A DNA stretch of 52,922 nucleotides from Draconibacterium sp. (GTDB taxonomy: Bacteria; Bacteroidota; Bacteroidia; Bacteroidales; Prolixibacteraceae): assembly GCF_041583095.1 (NCBI RefSeq), contig NZ_JBFHGM010000001.1, forward strand, positions 1-52,922, in the 5' to 3' direction. Each line of letters opens with the position of its first letter. Positions within the stretch are counted from its first letter, which is position 1. Made by a program: the position numbers and the translations under genes. The notes under the pieces were generated by a model. That model saw only the letters and a program-made list of their open reading frames with translations, did no database searches and had not been told where the DNA came from. Below, piece after piece: positions 37,767 to 47,200 of this stretch.

Positions 37767-39152
37767 ATGAAGAAATTGTTTCTTGTTACGTTTTCAATTC
37801 TATTATTTGGGAGTGCAGCTTTAGCACAAACGAACAACTTTAAACTTTGGGCCGAAACACCTCCAATGGGATGGAACAGTTACAACTGTTATGGTGCGGC
37901 TGTTCAGGAAAAAGAAGTAAAAGCCAATGCCGATTATATGGCTGAAAAACTCAAGGATTTAGGTTGGGAATACGTAGTAATTGACTATTGCTGGTCGTAC
38001 CCGCATCCGCCAAACAGTACACAAAATAATCCGCCACAATTTCGATTAAGCAAAGATAATGCGCCTGTGCCGTGGTTGGCCATGGATGAATGGGGAAGAC
38101 TTTTACCCGATCCTCGCAAATTTCCATCAACTCTTGGAAATGGTAGCTACAAGGAGCTATCTGATTATGTGCATAGCCTGGGGTTGAAATTTGGTATTCA
38201 CGTAATGCGCGGAATTCCCCGCCAGGCAGTCTGGGCAAAAACACCCATTAAAGGTACAGATGGAATTACTGCCGATATGATTGCCGACACTACGTCAGTT
38301 TGTCCGTGGTTAAACCAAATGTACGGTGTTGATATGAGTAAACCCGGTGCACAGGAGTATTATAACTCTTTAGCTGAGTTGTACGCCGAATGGGGAGTTG
38401 ATTATATAAAAATTGATGATATCGACTTAAAAGAAGGTTATCCATATCGTGGTAGCGAGGCAGAAGCCATGCACAAAGCAATTATGAATAGTGGACGAGA
38501 AATAGTGTTAAGTCTTTCGCTAAATATGAAGTTGGAAAATATGGAGCACGTAAAATCTATTTCAAATCTGTGGCGTATTTCAAAAGACTTTTGGGACGAT
38601 TGGGATTTACTTAAGAACCAGTTTGATTTACTCAACAATTGGGAAGCAGCCCGCGAACCTGGAAATTGGCCTGATGCCGATATGTTACAATTGGGGTGGA
38701 TTTCCCGACGTGGGCCACATGGTCCGGAACGTGAAAGCCAGTTTACAAAAGACGAGCAAATAACACATATGACATTGTGGTGTATTGCCAAATCGCCACT
38801 CATGATGGGGGGAGATATGCCAGATAACTCTCCATTTGTTGAAAAACTTTTAACGGCTGATGAAGTATTGGAAGCCAATCAGAATTCTTATGATGCCAGG
38901 CAGTTGTATCGAAAAGACGGCCATGTGGTTTGGACTTCAAAGATCCCTGATTCAGAAGATATTTATGTGGCATTTTTTAATCTGAATGAAAAAACGGAAA
39001 CTGTTTCTGTTGATTTCAAGGAACTTGGATTAAAAGGAAAGTGCCATGTGCGCGATCTTTGGGAAAAACAAGATGTTGGCAACTTCAGTAAAAGTTTTAG
39101 CCACGAAGTAAATTCGCATGGTGCACAAATTTTTAAAATAAGTAAAAAATAG
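37767..39152 (+). CDS. Glycoside hydrolase family 27 (alpha-galactosidase / beta-L-arabinopyranosidase clade), secreted
   Basis: SPI signal. Motifs TPPMGWNS, EYVVIDYCW, KFGIHVMRG, WGVDYIKIDD (nucleophile), WRISKDFWD (acid/base), WPDADML, VRDLW. Confidence 0.92.
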   Translation: MKKLFLVTFSILLFGSAALAQTNNFKLWAETPPMGWNSYNCYGAAVQEKEVKANADYMAEKLKDLGWEYVVIDYCWSYPHPPNSTQNNPPQFRLSKDNAPVPWLAMDEWGRLLPDPRKFPSTLGNGSYKELSDYVHSLGLKFGIHVMRGIPRQAVWAKTPIKGTDGITADMIADTTSVCPWLNQMYGVDMSKPGAQEYYNSLAELYAEWGVDYIKIDDIDLKEGYPYRGSEAEAMHKAIMNSGREIVLSLSLNMKLENMEHVKSISNLWRISKDFWDDWDLLKNQFDLLNNWEAAREPGNWPDADMLQLGWISRRGPHGPERESQFTKDEQITHMTLWCIAKSPLMMGGDMPDNSPFVEKLLTADEVLEANQNSYDARQLYRKDGHVVWTSKIPDSEDIYVAFFNLNEKTETVSVDFKELGLKGKCHVRDLWEKQDVGNFSKSFSHEVNSHGAQIFKISKK

Positions 39153-39265
39153 AATTTAGTGGTATATAGGACTTAGTGTAAAGGGTGAAAACTTTCGTAC
39201 ATACGGAAATAGTAAAATCAAGCGAGTTCTATCTTATTCTGTAGAAAACAAACAATATCAATAAA

Positions 39266-40735
39266 ATGAAAAAGTTAATTAATGGATTGCTTATCGGTAT
39301 AATGCTTTTTAGCATGGCCTGCACTCCAACGCAAAAAGAGCAAGAAAAGAAAGTGCCTGAATCACCAAATGTTATTCTGGTATTGGTGGACGACATGGGG
39401 TACGGCGACCTGAGTTTTTATGGTCAGAAAACGCTTTCAACCCCAATCATTGATAAAATGGCTACCGAGGGTATGCATTTTACTAATATGTATACCGGTT
39501 CAACAGTTTGTGCACCATCGCGAGCTTCACTAATGACCGGAAAGCATACCGGACACACTAATGTCCGTGGAAATTTACCAGCTCAATTACTTAGTGACGA
39601 TGAGTTAACCATTGCCAAAGTATTTAAGAATGCTGGTTATGCTACCGGAGGAATTGGTAAATGGGGTATTGGTCACCCACCTCCATACGATGATCCACAA
39701 AAAAAGGGTTTCGATTATTTTTACGGTTACATAAACATGTGGCATGCGCATAACTTTTATCCTGAGTTTTTAATCGAAAACGGGGAAAAAGTTCCATTAA
39801 AAAACAAAACTACTTTGGTTGATGGAAAAAACCCTTGGGCCGACATGCCCGAAGGAACCGGTGTGGCTGCTGTTCGCGAGGAGTATGTCCACAATCTCTT
39901 TGATAAAAAAGCAATTGATTTTATTGAGAAGAATAAGGACAACAAATTTTTCTTATACATGGCATACAATGTTCCGCATGCCAATAACGAAGGAGGGCCT
40001 TTTGCAGGCGATGGAATGGAAGTTCCCGATTATTATGAGTTTGCTGAAAAAGATTGGCCACAACCCGAGAAAGGTTTTGCATCGATGATTCGGAACATAG
40101 ATAATTCAGTAGGAATGTTATTGGATAAGGTTAAAGAACTAGGATTGGATGAAAATACCATGGTAATTTTTTGTTCGGATAATGGGCCACACCAAGAGGG
40201 GCGTCATGTCATGGAATTTTTTAATTCAAATCGTGAATTACGCGGAATGAAGCGCGATTTTTATGATGGTGGTGTTAAAACGCCATTTATCGTTCGTTGG
40301 CCTGGTTCAGTTGAAGCTGGTTCAAAATCGGAACAAACTTTTGCTTTCTGGGATTTCTTACCAACGTTTGCCGATCTGGTTGGAGGCGAAAAGCCTGTTG
40401 AAACAGACGGTATTTCTTTCCTTCCAACTTTGCTTGGAGAAGAACAAACGGCAGAGCACGATTATTTATATTGGGAATTTTTCGAATTGGGAGGTAAACA
40501 AGCCATTTTGAAGGGAAATTGGAAAGCTGTGAAGTTGAATGTTCGTGGGCCAAAAGAGAAAGTGATTTTCGAATTATATAATCTTGAATCGGATCCAGAA
40601 GAAACAAACAATGTGGCTGAACAGTATCCTGAGTTAGTAAAAGAATTTGAAGAATTATTCCTTTCTGCCCGTGATGAGTTCGCAGTAACGCCGTTATTCG
40701 AGTCAGATGGTAAGGAAGTAGAAACCCCGTTTTAG
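39266..40735 (+). CDS. S1 family arylsulfatase, Cys-type, lipoprotein
   Basis: Lipobox SMA-C. Motifs PNVILVLVDDMG, CAPSRASLMTG, GKWG, PHANNE, SDNGPH, RGMKRD. Confidence 0.92.
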   Translation: MKKLINGLLIGIMLFSMACTPTQKEQEKKVPESPNVILVLVDDMGYGDLSFYGQKTLSTPIIDKMATEGMHFTNMYTGSTVCAPSRASLMTGKHTGHTNVRGNLPAQLLSDDELTIAKVFKNAGYATGGIGKWGIGHPPPYDDPQKKGFDYFYGYINMWHAHNFYPEFLIENGEKVPLKNKTTLVDGKNPWADMPEGTGVAAVREEYVHNLFDKKAIDFIEKNKDNKFFLYMAYNVPHANNEGGPFAGDGMEVPDYYEFAEKDWPQPEKGFASMIRNIDNSVGMLLDKVKELGLDENTMVIFCSDNGPHQEGRHVMEFFNSNRELRGMKRDFYDGGVKTPFIVRWPGSVEAGSKSEQTFAFWDFLPTFADLVGGEKPVETDGISFLPTLLGEEQTAEHDYLYWEFFELGGKQAILKGNWKAVKLNVRGPKEKVIFELYNLESDPEETNNVAEQYPELVKEFEELFLSARDEFAVTPLFESDGKEVETPF

Positions 40736-40751
40736 GACCTAAAGTTAAAAA

Positions 40752-42179
40752 ATGGAATCCACAAGAACATTAATAATAACTTTTCTTATCGGTTTAACTA
40801 TTTTATCATGTAGTGAAGGCGAGGTAGTGGCCAACCATAAAGAAAATAAACAACCCTATAATGTCCTTTTTATAGCCATCGACGATCTAAACGATTGGAC
40901 TGGATTTGCAGGAGGACATCCGCAAGCCCAAACCCCAAATATGGATAAATTGGCCAAACAAGGTGTTGTTTTTGAAAATGCTTATTGTGCCGCTTCGGTT
41001 TGCAATCCTTCGCGTGCAGCTTTAATGAGTGGATATCGACCATCAACAACAGGTGTATATGGAAATGGTACCCAAATGCGGGATTCCGAAGTGTTGAAAG
41101 ATGCATTAACCATTCCGCAATGGTTTTCGAAATATGGTTATTTTACAACGGCGCGAGGTAAGATTTTTCATTCAGCAAACGGCGAAAAAGCAGATACCAT
41201 TTCGTGGGATAAATGGATACGAACCACAGGGGGGTATGGAGCTGTTAAAAGAGAATCTGGTTATTTGGCAAATGGAATACCAGTAGGAGAAGCCGATGAA
41301 AATTTCGACTGGGGACCTACCGATGCCACTTTTGAAGATACTCAGGATTACATTACCGCAAAGTGGGCAGCCGACCAGTTAGAAAAAGATTACGACAAGC
41401 CTTTCTTTTTGGCCTGTGGTATTTTTCGTCCGCACCTTAAATGGCATGTCCCTCAAGAGTTTTTTGACAAGTTTCCGGAGGGAAAAATGATTTTACCCGA
41501 GGTGAATGAGAATGACTATGACGATATTCCAAAATCAGCTCTTGGGCCATCTAAAAATTACTTTGCTGCAAAAAAATATAAAAAGCAACAAGCGGCTGTT
41601 CAAGCTTATTTGGCCTGCATAAATTATGCTGATGCTTGTGTGGGAGTTGTTCTTGATGCACTGGCAAAAAGTAAATATGCCGAGAATACTATTGTTGTAC
41701 TTTGGGGCGACCACGGTTGGCATTTGGGCGAAAAGCTTCGTTACAAGAAATTTACCCTTTGGGAGGAAGCTTGCAACATGCCACTTATTTTTAAAGTTCC
41801 CGGTGTTACTGAGGCTGGTTCTCGTTGCAACAATCCTGTAAGTTTAATGGATTTATATCCAACGCTTTCAGAACTATGTGGTTTGCCGATAAATCCTGAA
41901 AACGAGGGGAACAGCATTGTCCCGTTACTGAGTAATGTAAATACAAACTGGGATAAGCCGGCTTTAACAACACTTGGATTTAATCGCCACACAGTTCGAA
42001 ATAAAAAATGGCGATACACAAAATATCAAGATGGTGCAGAAGAATTGTACAACCATGAAAATGATCCATTGGAGTGGAAGAATCTGGCGAATGATCCACA
42101 ATATAATTCAGTGAAACATGAAATGTCGAAATATCTTCCAACGATTAATCATCCTGAAGTACAAAATTCAGAAGATTAA
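40752..42179 (+). CDS. S1 family sulfatase, Cys-type (iduronate/choline-sulfatase-like), lipoprotein
   Basis: Lipobox ILS-C then SEGE. Motifs NVLFIAIDDLNDW, CNPSRAALMSG, GKIFH, GIFRPHL, GDHGWHLGEK. Confidence 0.92.
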   Translation: MESTRTLIITFLIGLTILSCSEGEVVANHKENKQPYNVLFIAIDDLNDWTGFAGGHPQAQTPNMDKLAKQGVVFENAYCAASVCNPSRAALMSGYRPSTTGVYGNGTQMRDSEVLKDALTIPQWFSKYGYFTTARGKIFHSANGEKADTISWDKWIRTTGGYGAVKRESGYLANGIPVGEADENFDWGPTDATFEDTQDYITAKWAADQLEKDYDKPFFLACGIFRPHLKWHVPQEFFDKFPEGKMILPEVNENDYDDIPKSALGPSKNYFAAKKYKKQQAAVQAYLACINYADACVGVVLDALAKSKYAENTIVVLWGDHGWHLGEKLRYKKFTLWEEACNMPLIFKVPGVTEAGSRCNNPVSLMDLYPTLSELCGLPINPENEGNSIVPLLSNVNTNWDKPALTTLGFNRHTVRNKKWRYTKYQDGAEELYNHENDPLEWKNLANDPQYNSVKHEMSKYLPTINHPEVQNSED

Positions 42180-42215
42180 TTTATGATAAAGTAGTTAGTT
42201 TAATTAGTTAGTTTT

Positions 42216-42253
42216 AAAAGAGCTTTTCATTATTTGAAAGGCTCTTTTTTGTT
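42216..42253 (+). terminator. Intrinsic terminator ending the GH27-sulfatase-sulfatase unit
   Basis: Stem AAAAGAGCTTTTCA (42216-42229) / TGAAAGGCTCTTTT (42235-42248) with one G-U pair, followed by a U-tract. Confidence 0.8.
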
Positions 42254-42477
42254 CGTCTATTTGTTATTGCATAAACATAAATAGTACATGTTAATTGAAA
42301 AAAACTTTTGGTGCCCATCGTGTCTATGGACTAATAATTATTAACTCACAAACTCTAAAATCATACTTCTGATTCTTACCAATTCCGACCACCTAATTGG
42401 AATAATTGCATTTGATTATATAAAATATTTGAAATTTAATATTTTGTAAGTGTCACATAGTTAGTGTTATATGTGTT

Positions 42478-42543
42478 GTATACAAAAGAGCAAAACAAAT
42501 GTACAACCGTATAAAAGCTTTATTTGAGTAGAAAATATATTTG
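42478..42543 (+). promoter_or_regulatory. Promoter of the GH27-susCDCD unit: consensus -7 box with upstream 21-bp-period TACAA repeat
   Basis: TATATTTG at 42536-42543 matches TAnnTTTG, about 50 nt before the ATG. TACAA occurs at 42481 and 42502. Confidence 0.55.
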
Positions 42544-42592
42544 TTATTGAATTCGTGTAAGAACACCATTAAAACGATAAAATAACAAACTT

Positions 42593-44017
42593 ATGAAGAA
42601 GCTAAAATATCTGGGAATTGGTTTTATTCTGTTGGCATTTAATGCTTGTGTCGATTCCGCTTCGCAAAATGTAAAATCAAAAATCTCTGCGTCTGAAATA
42701 AAAGTTGCTCAAACGCCTCCAATGGGATGGAATAGTTTTGATGCTTACGATTGCCGCATTAACGAAGAAGAGTTTCGTGGTGTAGTAGACTATATGGCCG
42801 ATAACTTGTTGGAATACGGTTGGGAATACGCCGTAATTGATTATATCTGGTGGCACCCCGAACCAGGTAACTGGGATACTCCACGTAGAAAAGGACATCC
42901 AAACTTACGATACAAAAGTCCGGGTGAACCATTACATCCCGAGTATACTACACACGATGAATATGGTCGGCTGATTCCTTCAGTTGAACGATTTCCATCT
43001 TCAGCTAATGGCCAAGGATTTAAACCAATTGCCGATTATGTACATAGTAAAGGCATGAAATTCGGAATTCATATTATGCGTGGAGTGCATCGATATTGTG
43101 CTTTTCAGGATTTACCCATAAAAGGAACTGATTATACACTAAAAGATATTGCAGAACCCTGGGATACTTGCGGTTGGTGTAACCACATGTGGGGAGTAGA
43201 TCCAACCAAACCGGGAGCTCAGGAATATTACAACTCGCTTTTCGAATTGTATGCCGATTGGGGTGTCGATTTTATTAAGGCAGACGACACCATGTTTCCT
43301 CCGTACCACGAAGGGGAAATTGCCATGATGCGTAAGGCCATTGAAAATTGTGGCCGCCCGATGGTTCTTAGTTTATCGTGCGGAGAAGCGCCGCTTGGAC
43401 AAGCCGACCACCTTAAAGCAAATGCCAACATGTGGCGCATTTCTGCCGATTATTGGGACAAATGGGAAAGCCTGGCACACAATTTCGATTTGTTAAATGT
43501 ATGGGCACCACACGCCGAACCAGGCACCTGGCCGGATGCCGATATGATTCCAATTGGAAAAATTTCGTTGGACGACCGCCCGCATGGACCGGAGCGTATG
43601 ACCAAATTCACAAAAGATGAACAAATAACAATGATGAGTTTATGGAGCATTGCTCAATCGCCATTAATGTTGGGTAACGATATGTTGGATGTGGATGAAT
43701 TTACTTTGTCGCTTATCACTAATCCTGAAGTTCTTACTGTTAACCAAAACGGCAGCAATGCCCGTCAGATTTTCGCTCGTAACGGACAACGTTTTTGGAT
43801 ATCAACCGATAAGGAAACCGGGGACAAGTTTATTGCACTTTTCAACTTAAATGATACGGAAAAAGAAGTTGTATTTGACCTGGAATGGGATTATTTAAGA
43901 GATACCTACAATGTGCGCGATTTATGGGCTCGTAAAAATATTGGAACGGTAAAAGGTGAAGTTAAAGCAAATCTTCCTGCACATGGGGCTGCACTATATC
44001 GACTTTCGAAAAAGTAA
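42593..44017 (+). CDS. Glycoside hydrolase family 27 (second paralog), lipoprotein
   Basis: Lipobox FNA-C. Motifs TPPMGWNS, EYAVIDYIW, KFGIHIMRG, WGVDFIKADD, WRISADYWD, WPDADMI. Confidence 0.92.
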   Translation: MKKLKYLGIGFILLAFNACVDSASQNVKSKISASEIKVAQTPPMGWNSFDAYDCRINEEEFRGVVDYMADNLLEYGWEYAVIDYIWWHPEPGNWDTPRRKGHPNLRYKSPGEPLHPEYTTHDEYGRLIPSVERFPSSANGQGFKPIADYVHSKGMKFGIHIMRGVHRYCAFQDLPIKGTDYTLKDIAEPWDTCGWCNHMWGVDPTKPGAQEYYNSLFELYADWGVDFIKADDTMFPPYHEGEIAMMRKAIENCGRPMVLSLSCGEAPLGQADHLKANANMWRISADYWDKWESLAHNFDLLNVWAPHAEPGTWPDADMIPIGKISLDDRPHGPERMTKFTKDEQITMMSLWSIAQSPLMLGNDMLDVDEFTLSLITNPEVLTVNQNGSNARQIFARNGQRFWISTDKETGDKFIALFNLNDTEKEVVFDLEWDYLRDTYNVRDLWARKNIGTVKGEVKANLPAHGAALYRLSKK

Positions 44018-44227
44018 TAATATCTAATCAAAAACTATGAATTATGAAAAAAAGTATTTTAAAAAAATCATTCACTAAAGCTGTAAAGAGAAGTCCTTAA
44101 CTTCTTATTTTATGACTATCCAAGGTCAATTCAAAATTCTACCAAAATAAGTTTTCTGAAAGTCATTGTTCAAACCGACTACCTAAAAAAGTGGCTTTCT
44201 AAAAAGAATTGAATAACTAAAGCAAAA

Positions 44228-47200
44228 ATGATGCAAAAACTAAAACTTTTAATCATTCTGTTGTTTATCAGCGCCCAGACTGTTTTTGGCCAAACAAAAA
44301 CGATTAAGGGAACTGTTGTCGACAGTGACGGGCTGCCTTTGCCCGGAGTTACTGTGGTTGTGGTTGGCACAACTTCAGGAACGATTACCGACATCGACGG
44401 GAATTTTACCCTCGGTGTAGAATCAGCAAATGAGCTTCGTTTTTCGTTTATTGGATTTGCCGAACAGATAATTGCTGTTGGAGAACAAACAGTAATTAAT
44501 GTTACGTTGGCAGCTGATACCGAAGAGCTCGAGGAAGTAGTTGTTGTAGGTTATGGTACACAGAAAAAGGAGAGTGTTGTTGGGGCAATAACCCAGACCA
44601 AAGGTGAAGAATTAAAGAAACAAGGTAATGTTTCGAATTTATCCGATGCTTTGGCAGGTGCCATGCCCGGTGTTTCTGTAATGACCGGAACAGGGCTTCC
44701 TGGTGGTGGTGGTAACCTAACCGGAAACAGTTACGAAGAAACTGAAATTTTAATCCGTGGTAAAGCTACCTGGAATAACTCATCGCCACTTGTGTTAGTT
44801 GATGGTATTGAGCGTAGCATGGACGACATTGACGTTAATGAAGTAGAAAATATTTCGGTATTAAAAGATGCTTCGGCCACAGCGGTTTATGGTGTAAAAG
44901 GGGGTAACGGAGTTATACTTATTACCACAAAACGAGGTTCGGTTAGTAAACCAAAATTTACTTTCGAAGCCAACACTACCTGGGAAAACATAAGTAAAAT
45001 TGCCCAGGTTGAAGATGCTTACACAGGTATCTTGTCACGTAACCGTGCAATTATTAACGAAGCGGCGGTAAATACTGACAGTTGGAACGACTATGTCCCT
45101 GATGAAATTCTTGGATACTATCGCGATAATACCTATCCATACGCTTATCCGAGTTTGGATTTAACCGAAACCATGCTAAAAGATTATGCACGTTCGCACC
45201 GATTTAATATGAACGTTGCTGGGGGTACCAACTTTGTAAAATATTTTGGTTCGTTAAGTTATAATCATGTGGGAGATATTATGGCCACCGAAGATGTGGG
45301 GCAGGGCTACAATCCTGAATATTCGTACGATAGGTTTAACTTTCGTTCTAATCTGGATTTCAGCTTAACAAAAACTACCGATTTTTCGGTTAATTTGAGT
45401 GGCTTCTACGGAGCTCAACAAACCTCAGGTGCCAACTATCATACCGTGTGGTATGGCTTATACAACCATGCGCCTAATTGGCCCGTTACGGTATATGAAG
45501 ATGGTATATACGGAAATAGTGAAGGTACATACGAACGTGTAGGTGAAAATGAACTGGCTGGCCTTCTTTTTCAAGGATACAACAAATTCAATACCACTGA
45601 GATTAATACGGATTTCAAACTTAAACAGAAACTTGATTTTATTACCGAAGGATTATCAGCAGCAGGTAAATTTGCTTACGATAACTCGTTTGTAACCAAT
45701 GGTGAAAACATCAATGACGACGGTGTTTTAACAAAAACCATAGACCCAGAATTTTATACTTCAGGAGGTTATTGGGATGAAGCTTCGCAAAGTTACAAGC
45801 ATCCGAATGGATTAGATGTGGAAGATTATACTACCTATTATTATCCTGAAGGTTACAATGCAAGTTCGGGTTTTAACTGGGAAGAAAATCCTTTGGGATA
45901 TGAATCGGAGAATGTTTCGGGTGGTAATTTAAACCGCACAAGAAGAAACCTTTATTATGAAGTGGGATTAAACTATAACAGAACTTTTGGAAAGCATGAA
46001 GTGACAGGTCTGGCCCTGTTCAGCCGCCAGCGTACCGAAGTGGGCAGCAACTGGGCACAGTTACGCGAAGACTGGGTAGGTCGTGCAACCTATTATTTCA
46101 ACCGAAAATATTTATTAGAATTGAATGGTTCGTATAACGGCTCCGAGAAATTCGGCCCCGGTTATAAGTTCGACTTTTTCCCATCGGTTGCAGTGGGGTG
46201 GACTGTTTCAAACGAGAGCTTCTTTAAAGAAAATGTAAAGTTTGTAAATCTTTTCAAGATTAGATATTCTGACGGTGTAGTAGGTAACGACCGCTTAAGT
46301 GGAATCCAGTGGGGCTATGCAACTATTTGGGACCAAGGCTCTATGTGGAGTGGAAATACACAATCACAGGAGAAATTTGGAGATACATTCCTGGTTCAGG
46401 GGCCATTAAAATATAACGAAGGTACGCCTGGAAATCCTGGGCTACAATGGGAAACTGCCCGTAAACAAAACCTTGGTTTCGAATGGGGTGTCTTTAAAAA
46501 CGTATTTACAGGTTCGTTAGATGTGTTCTGGGAAGACCGCGATAATATGTTGGTTGCAGCCAATCAGCGAAATATTCCTGAAACCTTTGGCCAAACAGCT
46601 CCAGCAGCAAACATCGGTGCAGTAAAATCGAATGGTATGGAAGTTGAGGCCAGTGTACGCAAAAGCTATAAAAATTCATTTAGTTTTTATGTCTCAGGAA
46701 ACTGGACCATTGCCAAAAACGAAATTTTAGAAAAAGAAGACCCGGAGTTAAAACCTGATTATCAAAAGCAGGAAGGTTATGCCATCGGACAGAACCGTTC
46801 TACGCTTGAAAGCGAAATTATGCAAAGCTGGGATGATGTTTATACCGGGGTTGTGGACTATTCGAACAACGGTGATGTATTGCCTGGCGATTTCCGTTTT
46901 GTAGATTTTAATGCAAACGGAGAGATTGACCCCAACGATGGAGTGCCATACGGTTATCCGGTATATCCGCAAAATACCTATGGCTTTTCTGGTGGTTTGT
47001 CGTATAAAGGTTTTAGTTTGAATGTACAATTTTATGGTGTTTACAATGTTACCAAAAACATTCGTTTAGACCGATACTCATTTGATTCTCCAACCATTTA
47101 CGAGAATATGTTGGAAGATACCTGGACTCCCGAATACGGAAACGAAAATCCAACTTATCCGCATTTAGCTTATAAAAAGCAAAACAATGGTACTGGTGCT

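Noticed and set aside
37610-37837. 75-aa minus-strand ORF over the PUL-B promoter
   Set aside because: It is antisense to the GH27 signal peptide and promoter and shows no coding features.
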